The notes below the pieces were generated by a model. It was not told the origin of the DNA. It saw only the letters and a list, made by a program, of their open reading frames with translations, and ran no database searches. From Octopus vulgaris (lineage: Eukaryota), in contig OX597827.1 of the NCBI GenBank assembly GCA_951406725.2, forward strand, positions 42,594,001 through 42,658,000: 64,000 nucleotides of DNA, in the 5' to 3' direction. Below, piece after piece: positions 55,262-64,000 of the stretch. The stretch's first letter is position 1. Each line of letters begins with the position of its first letter. The position numbers were made by a program, and so were the translations under genes.

Positions 55262-55727
55262 TAGGAAGCTGAATGGTTTGAGGAAAGACACCGTCTTCGC
55301 TCAAGCTCTCATCCACTTTAAGTTCTACTTGGAAAAGAGAGTGAGGGTGGAGGAGGAAGTGCTACCTCCTAGATACATTGCGAAGATGAGCGTCTGTGAC
55401 AAAAATGAATAAAATGAACAACGTATCTCTAAATACGTATTTGTAGATTCAAAATTTTGAGAGGGGTCGTGCCTTTGGTGTTCAGGGTAATCCTGAATCT
55501 ATGGAGTTCCTTAGTTAACCCTAGCTAGAGTTTCCCCTGTACCAAGAGGACCTCATCGTTCATATTATCACATATTCTGTATAATGAGTACATATACTTT
55601 TATCGCATCTAATCGTTTTCTTTTCCATTTCTTTCTCCTCGTCTTTTGTGTAAACACCCACACAAATTGTTGCGATGTGCCCCACCCCCGCCACTCCATC
55701 TATGCTCCTGCGGTTAATAAAGGAAAG
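55262..55727 (+). mobile_element. Degenerate Tx1/L1-type LINE 3' end
   Basis: AQALIHFKFYLEKRVRVEEEVLPP aligns with the 48008 and 61790 fragments; ends GGTTAATAAAGGAAAG before (ATT)n. Confidence 0.6.
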
Positions 55728-55958
55728 CATTATTATTTTTTATTGTTGTTGTTAATGTTGTTGTTTAATACAGTTCATTTGCTGGAGGACGTCACAAACT
55801 GTCAGCTGCTTGCCATATAAGGGATAAAGGTAACACTCTTCATTCAGATTTCGAGAACTTAGCAGAGGATTCGGGCGATATCACCACCACCACCACCACC
55901 ACCCCCACCATCATCATCATCATCATCATCCTCATCCTCATCATCATTATCATCATCC

Positions 55959-56011
<53 letters not shown>

Positions 56012-56039
56012 GTGATCATCATCGTCATTATTATTACGA

Positions 56040-56222
56040 AGGCGGCGAGCTGGCAGAATTGTTAGCGCGTCGGGCGAAATGCTTAGCGGCATTTCGTTAG
56101 TCTTTACGTTCTGAGTTCAAATTCCGTCGAGGTCGACTTTGTCTTTCATCCTTTCGGGGCCGATGGAATACGTACTATTTCATTCCCCCAAAATTTCAGG
56201 CCTTGTGCTTATAGCAGAAACT
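56040..56222 (+). mobile_element. SINE group A with alternative tail
   Basis: Follows an (ATC)n/(ATT)n tract. Confidence 0.85.
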
Positions 56223-56568
56223 ATTGCTGTTGTTGTTGTTGTTGTTGCTGTTCTCGTCGTCGTTATAGCCGAAACAATAGAATAATCACGACACGAACAA
56301 AAGCAAAAAAGCGAAAAACAAAACAAAAATAATCAGAAAACATAAATGAGGAATAAACAAAGACACAAAAACAGAATATTCTTAAAGGTAAGGGTTAGGG
56401 GACAGAAAAAAATTTGTGAATGAGATAATTTCCCTAAGTATCCAATTGAAAGGATTTAGTGAATAGGGGCCAGTAAGGGGATGTCAGAATATGTGTGTGT
56501 GAGAGAGAGACTGTATGTGTTTGTGTATTATTTTACCTTGTCTTTACTTTTTCTTTACTTTTTGTGTG

Positions 56569-56646
<78 letters not shown>

Positions 56647-56804
56647 TGTGAGTGTGTGTGTATGTATGTATGCATGTATGTATGTATGTATATACATACA
56701 CATATGATGAGACTATAATTTTTTATAAAGAACGTAGTAACACAAATACATGCATGCACACAAACATGCGTATGTCTGTATATGTATGTATGTATGTATG
56801 TATA

Positions 56805-57210
56805 CTCTTTTACTTGTTTCAGTCATTTGACTGCGGCCATGCTGGAGCACCGCCTTCAATCGAGCAACTCGACCCCGGGACTTATTCTTTTGTAAGCCCA
56901 GTACTTATTCTATCGGTCTATTTTTGCCGAACCGCTAAGTAACGGGGACATAAACAAACCAGCATCGGTTGTCAAGCAATGCTAGGGAGACAAACACAGA
57001 CACACAAACACATACACACACATACATATATACATATACATATATACGACAGGCTTCTTTCAGTTTCCGTCTACCATCTCCACTCACAAGGCATTGGTCG
57101 GCCTGGGGCTATAGCAGAAGACACTTGCCCAAGATGCCACGCAGTGGGACTGAACCCGGAACCATGTGGCTGGTTAGCAAGCTACTTACCACACAGCCAC
57201 TCCTGCGCCT
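56805..57210 (-). mobile_element. SINE group B, full length
   Basis: All modules present. Confidence 0.92.
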
Positions 57211-57242
57211 ATGTATGTATGTATGTATGTATATATATATAC

Positions 57243-57274
<32 letters not shown>

Positions 57275-57308
57275 TATATATATACATATATATATATATA
57301 TTATATTT

Positions 57309-57363
<55 letters not shown>

Positions 57364-57744
57364 AAGAAGGTTAGAGGTTGTGAATCCAACAAACAAATGG
57401 ATAATATCTATCCAATATACTGCTGGTAGAATACCAAATTATTAATACACAAGTGTTTTTTTTATTGCATTGCAATTATATTACCGAGTGTACTAAATGG
57501 TTGAGGGTAAAGAGATATTTTACCATTAATTTATATAGGAATAAGAAAATGGAGGGGATCAATAGGTGGTTCATCAACTTTTAGACATTATATTACGTCA
57601 ATTTATTTATTTATTTACTAAAATGACAATTACAAGAATATACGTACATGTATAACATATGCTTTACATATAAAATATATAAAAATTCCAGTAATTATTA
57701 AAATATATAACATACAGGAATTATAAACATATATGTATGTATAT

Positions 57745-57985
57745 GTGGAGGCCCGTAGCTTAGTGGTTAGGGTGTCAGCATCGTGATCGTAAGATTGTGG
57801 TTTCGATTCCTGGACCGGGCGACGCGTTGTGTTCTTGAGCAAAACACTTGATTTCACGTTGCTCCAGCTGGCAAAAATGAGTAACGCTGCGATGGACTGG
57901 CGTCCCGTCCAGCTGGGGAACACATACACCATAGAAACCGGGCCCATAAGCCTGGCTAGGCTTTAAAAGGCGCATTTATTATTTT
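57745..57985 (+). mobile_element. SINE group C (V-domain-like)
   Basis: A and B boxes, GTGTTCTTGAGCAAAACACTT, GCGATGGACTGGCGTCCCGTCCAG. Confidence 0.8.
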
Positions 57986-58075
57986 TTTATGTATGTATGC
58001 ATATACAGACACATATGATGAGAATATAAGTTATTAAAAAGAACGTAGATATCACAAATACATGCACTCACACAG

Positions 58076-58176
<101 letters not shown>

Positions 58177-58861
58177 ACCTTCTTTCCGTTTCCGTCGGCC
58201 CGAGGTTATAATAGAACACACTTGCCTAAGGTTCCACTCAGTGGGACTGAACCCGGCGCCACGTGGTTGGGAAGCTAGTTTCTTACCACATAGTCACGCC
58301 TACGTCTGTAATAAACGCTTGAATATATATTTTCTTTTGTTTTAATAAAACAATGGTTTCTGAGACACAATGCTAGCAATTTTGAAGACACGGGTTTACT
58401 AAATAACATACACCCAAGTACTTCATTTAATTTTTTTTATCTATCCCGAAAGGATGAAAGACAAAGTTGACCACGGTGGGATTCATCTCGGAATGCAAAA
58501 ACCGAAACAAATATCACAAGGTATTTTTCACACGCTCTAAACGTCCCGCTACCTCGTAGGTAATAAAATGAGTGTGACAACGTCTTGTGTAGGCGATGAA
58601 AAGAATTTAATAAACAATATATTGGAAATAATTAAATATAATTCTCACGGTTTAAATAAATCATAAATTACTAACGTGGTTTATCATACGTCATAATAGT
58701 AATTATTTAATCTTGTTTTCTAAATTCGGTGCAATCGTTATAATGTCGTTATGTAATATACATAAATATACACATAAACACATATATATGCATATATATA
58801 CATATATAAATACATATATACATATATATATATATATATGTACTCACATATATATATTTTT

Positions 58862-58907
<46 letters not shown>

Positions 58908-59067
58908 CAGTTACAGCATGGTTATGCAACATAAATACATATGCCTATATACATACATACATACATACATACATACATACATACATACATACATACATAC
59001 ATACATACATACATACATACATACATAGACACATGTATATGCACATATATACATATATATATATATA

Positions 59068-59287
59068 TCAAAATAAGCAGCAAGGACATCCAGAGGTAAT
59101 GCAGTACGATCGTTTCATGCAACTCTATTTAATTGAACAATCGTACTGCATTACCTCTGGATATCCTTGTTGCTTATTTTGATTTTAATCACCTTACTTT
59201 GAAATTGTATGGATAATACCGTGCTAAATTATAATGCCCCATCTTAAGTACCATATTCATCTGAATCTAAATTTTTGCTGAACTCAT
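59068..59287 (-). mobile_element. Penelope-like foldback relic
   Basis: Hairpin 59068-59182; minus strand GAAAC-GATC-GTA-CTGCATTA; homologous to 4678-4940. Confidence 0.6.
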
Positions 59288-59300
59288 ATACATATATATA

Positions 59301-60176
59301 TGTGATCTGATCAGTAAGCATCTGGGCTGTTGCTATAGAAACGAAGCCAAACCACGCGGCGTGAAGCCGCTAGGTACAGACTGATCTTGAACTCTTATTT
59401 GCATGCGCACTAAGTTTTCACGCACTTGTTCACTTCTGCTGTTTACAGCAGTGCTTGAAACGAACGTGTGTAGCGTGTGATCATCGCATTGACCATAACA
59501 GAGAATGTTGAGCAGAGAATCTGCTTCAAATTTTGCTAAAAGCTTGGCGATAACCGCTCAAAGCCTTACGCAGATTTAAACATTTTTCATCGTTCTCGAC
59601 ACAATGAAGGAGATCTTGTGCAGCTGAAACCCGAGTGTTCTTTTGGTCAGCTGAAAGCAATTTTGGCACGAACTTGGCAGACACGTGCCTCATACTCAAA
59701 TCTTCAGTGATGATATATTGAAATGAACCGTAGCTAATTCTCTGCACAGATGGTGATTCGCCGATTTCCCTTCGGAGCTGCACGCATATCAGCGATGTTC
59801 TTCTCAGTTTTGCTGGTGGCGGGTCTCCAAGAACGTTCGTCAATAACAACATTTTTCAGCCATCTTGGAAACGTGTGAACCACTCGAATACTTATGTGCA
59901 GCCCATACACTCCTCTCCATACACTTTCTCCCACTTTGCGTCGGCCTCTGAGCAGGTTTTGCCATGACAGCTTTCTCTGTCATAATCAATGTGACGATCA
60001 CATGCTACACACGTTCCCTCCAGGCACTGCTGTTAACAGCAGAAGTGAGCTAGAAGGTTAAACTTAGTGCGCATGCACAACAGAGTTCAAGGTTAATTGT
60101 TGCCCAGCGCTTTCACACTGCGTGCTTTCGCTTCGTTACTATGGCAACAGTCCAGATACTTATTGATCAGCCCTCG
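59301..60176. mobile_element. Mariner-derived foldback element, second copy
   Basis: TA-flanked, right TIR TATTGATCAGCCCTCG. Minus arm reads VVIDERSWRPATSKTEKNIAD...ISYGSFQYIITEDLSMRHVSAKFVPKLLSADQK. Confidence 0.9.
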
Positions 60177-60199
60177 TATGTATGTATGCATAAACATAT

Positions 60200-60520
60200 G
60201 GGAAGGCGCGTAACTTAGTCGCTAGGGTACTTGGGTCACGATCGCAAGGTGGTGAGTTGGAAAACCGACGGCGCGTTGTGTCCTTGAACAAGACACTTTA
60301 TTTCACATTGCTCCAGTCTACTCATCTGGCAAAAATGAGTAGTACCTGTATTTCAAAGGGCCAGCCTTCTCACACTCTGTGTCGAGATGATTCTCTCTAA
60401 GAACTATGTTAAGTGGACGCGTGTCAGTGGAGTGTTTAGCCACTTGCACGTTAATTTCACGAGCAGGCTGTTCCGCTAATTGGATCAACTAGAATCCTCG
60501 TCGTCGTAATCGATGGAGCT
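60200..60520 (+). mobile_element. Degenerate SINE group C
   Basis: Head like 57745, tail like 50430-50610. Confidence 0.75.
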
Positions 60521-60849
60521 TTTAAGCATATATTCTTATATATCTGTATATACTCTGTCTCTCTTTATAATATATATATATATATCAGCAATAATAATAA
60601 TAATAATAATAAGTATTATTACGAAATGGCATAGCATATTGTTCATATTATATCCTCCAGGAAACCTATATGGTTAATCTGATATATTCAGAATTATCCA
60701 ACGGAATATATCTCTAAATTCTTATGATATGAGAATAGTTACTGGATTTATATACTAGCTATTGAATAACCTATTTTGAATACCTAACAGAGAGCAAACC
60801 GGTAAACGCTTGGAGTAACCCCCTTACTATTTACATATATATATGTATG

Positions 60850-60912
<63 letters not shown>

Positions 60913-61412
60913 CTTTACAAGGAATTTATTTGCTTCTTCAGTATTTTCCTCTGCATCTTCACGCTAATGGAGGCAAATAAATTCAATGCCGACTGCTGTC
61001 CATTGTCAACGCCTCGCTTCCATACACGTATCATGCCTGTAGTCTTATTTGGAGCCACCATATTAAATAACCATTCATCAATTTTTTTTCAGAATTGAGC
61101 TTAAGGGAATTCGTGTCATAATGGCGCTTAGGGTGGTAATACAACATAGCCACCAGGGAGGAAAGAGTTCGTGGAAGCATAAAATATCTGATATGAATCA
61201 AACAGTATGAAGAGTCCCAACTGGAATACAACAAATTATTTTTATTCATACTTAACTATCCGATGCATTTAATGAAGTAAATAAGATAATTAAACTGTTT
61301 TGATGTTCTTGATATAATAATAATAATAATAATGATAATAATAATAATAATGATAATAATAATAATAATAATAATAACAACAACAACAATAACAACAACA
61401 ACAACAACATCA

Positions 61413-61482
<70 letters not shown>

Positions 61483-61486
61483 TAAT

Positions 61487-61696
61487 TTCTACTGGAAGCA
61501 CAAGGCCTCAAATTTAGAGGAAGAGATTAAGTTGTTTACATCAACCCCATTGCGTCACTGGAACTTGTTTAATCGACCCCGAATGCATGAAAGGCAAAGT
61601 CGACCTAGGCGGAATTTGAACTCAGAACGTGAAGACGGACGAAGTACCTCAAAGCATTTTGTCCGGTGTGCTAACGATTCTCCCAGCTCGCGGCCC
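61487..61696 (-). mobile_element. SINE group A with alternative tail, inside (AAT)n
   Basis: (AAT)n on both sides. Confidence 0.85.
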
Positions 61697-61758
<62 letters not shown>

Positions 61759-61759
61759 G

Positions 61760-61789
<30 letters not shown>

Positions 61790-61795
<6 letters not shown>

Positions 61796-62296
61796 CATTT
61801 ATTTGCTACCTGGGCGAAAGATGAGGGGACAATACAGAGACAAAAATAAAGTAAGGGGCTTTACATAAAATAATGAAATGATAAATAAAAAAGAAAAACC
61901 TAAGTATACAGTGAAAAAGAAGGGACACATGTATAGCATACAAAGGTTAAAAAACTACATGGTGGATTTATAGAGATGTGACCCTCCTGGTACTGGAAGG
62001 CCTCTAGGGATAATTGAGGAACCCAGTTGTCTGAGATTTCTCTGAAACCACAAGAGCAAGTGCCCTCACCGACTCACAGGTCTACACTTAGAGAAGTACC
62101 TTCCACTCTTGCCCTTTTCGCAACTTTCACCCACCTTTCAGTAAACTCACTCGAGGACAGCACTTCCTTCTCCACTCTCAATTTCCTCTTTCAAGTGAAA
62201 GCTGAAGAGGTCGATGAGAGCTCTACCAAAGAGGAATGTATCTGTCCTCATGCCTTTCAGCCTTTTTCCACCAAACAACATCTTTCACCACAGCCA
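61790..62296 (-). mobile_element. Tx1/L1-type LINE 3' end
   Basis: AVVKDVVWWK/LKGMRTDTFLFGRALIDLFSFHLK/RKLRVEKEVLSSSEFTERWVKVAKRARVEGTSLSVDL*; tail GTATTGTCCCCTC...AATAAATGAAATC runs into (ATC)n. Confidence 0.75.
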
Positions 62297-62464
62297 AGTC
62301 TTTCTTACTATAGGCACAAAGCTTGAAATCTGTGTATGTGTGTGGGGGTGAGGGGACTAGTCGTTTACATCGCCTCCAGTGTTCATCTAGTACATCATAT
62401 TTTATCGATCCCGAAAGGATGAATGTCAAAGTCGACCTCGGCAGACTTCGAACCTAAAGCGTAA

Positions 62465-62840
62465 AGTGTTGTTTAAGGATGTTAAATAAAACACCCATGT
62501 TTCCAAAGTTGAATTATCCAAACCCCATCATGACACATGGCTATGATGCTCCTCCATTATTTCTGCTCATGATCGGAGATGCATATATCGTCAGCCACAT
62601 GGAACTTTTGAGTGGGATGGGCTACTCAACCGGAAGAAAATTCTAACTGGGTCCCACGTGCAAGGTCATGTGCTGTTTATGTTGATATGAGATCATCATA
62701 TCGCACACATATGGTTGTGATTCATGTGCCTGGTGTACCCTTATCAGACGGGTAGTCATGATGAGTATACTTGGTTTCGTATATTTTACCCCAGTGTCAC
62801 TCTGATGGCATGTGCTGCTCTCTCATTCAATAATAATAGC
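62465..62840 (+). mobile_element. Retroposon copy with 5' inversion
   Basis: 62465-62600 matches 37535-37635 in direct orientation; 62606-62830 matches 37316-37520 inverted. Confidence 0.7.
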
Positions 62841-62869
62841 AACAACAACAGCAATAATAATAATACCAA

Positions 62870-63550
62870 GAAGAACTCTTTCTGCTAAAGGCTCAATGCC
62901 TGAAATTTTGGGGGAAGGGATTAGTCGATGACACCGACCCAATTGTTTGATTGGTACTTAATTTATCGACCCCAAAAGGGGTTCTGCCAACTTGTCGCTT
63001 TAATGATAATGATTTCAAATACTAGCACAAGACCTGAAATTTTGGAAGAGAGGATAAGTCGATTAGATCGACCCCAGTGCATAACTGGTACTTATTTCAT
63101 CGACTCCGAAAGGATGAAAGGCAAAGTCGACTTCGGCGGAATTTGAACTCAGAACGCAGCAACAGGCGAAATACCTATTTCTTCACTACCCACAAGGGGC
63201 TAAACACAGAGAGGACAAACAAGGACAGACAAACGGATTAAGTCGAATATATCGACCCCAGTGCGTAACTGGTACTTATTTAATCAACCCCGAAAGGATG
63301 AAAGGCAAAGTCGATCTCGGTGGAATTTGAACTCAGAACGTAGAAACAGACGAAATACCTATTTCTTTACTACCCACAAGGGGCTAAACACAGAGAGGAC
63401 AAACAAGGACAGACAAACGGATTAAGTTGATTATAGCGACCCCAGTGCGTAACTGGTACATATTTAAGGATGAAAGGCAAAGTCGGCCTTAGGCGAAATA
63501 CCGCTAAGCATTTCGTCCAGCGTGCTAACGATTCTGCCAGCACGCCGCCT
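62870..63550 (-). mobile_element. SINE group A cluster including a tandem trimer
   Basis: Junctions at 63168-63181 and 63352-63365; single head ending at 63550. Confidence 0.88.
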
Positions 63551-63719
63551 TAAGTTGTTTTTATAATAATACTAAGAAGAAGAAGAATGTTATTTATTTA
63601 TTTAATTTTTTTTTATTTAGGCATAAAGCCAGCAATTTTGAGGCTATAGGGGTTAATACGACAACCTCGCCCTCGATTCTTGACTGGTAATTAGCTATAA
63701 CACATATGTGTATGTGTAC

Positions 63720-63785
<66 letters not shown>

Positions 63786-64000
63786 TTTGTGTGCGTGCGT
63801 TTATATGTATATATAAATGCATGTATACTGGAAAATGATGAAAAACTACAGTATCTCGTATGTTATTAATAGAAGATTTAGTATATCTCAGTCAATTTAA
63901 CGGATCATAAGTTTTAAAACAACAGCATATATTTTGGGTTATAATTGTCTAAAGTGGTGTGGGTAGTGTTCGCTACATATTAGATTTCAAATTAAAAAAA

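Noticed and set aside
60930-61230. Unique stretch with a minus-strand acceptor
   Set aside because: All frames close without a donor or recognisable domain.

Overview
Repeat-saturated animal genomic DNA, most likely intronic or intergenic sequence of a coleoid cephalopod (Octopus-like). This assignment is inferred from the extreme (TA)n/(CA)n/(GATA)n/(ATT)n density and the tRNA-SINE families, not from a database match. Nearly all ORFs in the track are microsatellite or SINE artefacts. Identifiable content: three tRNA-derived SINE groups (several copies with clean TSDs); a decayed Tx1/L1-type LINE 5' half and three LINE 3' ends whose tail matches one SINE; an RTE LINE 3' fragment; an R4/Dong-like restriction-endonuclease retroelement fragment; two mariner-derived foldback elements; a DD37D-type transposase relic; MITEs and Helitron-like relics; and a 204-bp SINE-derived satellite. 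Most notable: (i) short foldback elements in (TA)n tracts carrying minimal hammerhead-ribozyme-like motifs (Penelope/retrozyme-like); (ii) SINE multimers always joined at the same GGTATTTCG site in the SINE's own head; (iii) several candidate minus-strand exons of an unidentified spliced transcript. The 18.0-20.8 kb region looks like a noisy mosaic assembly.
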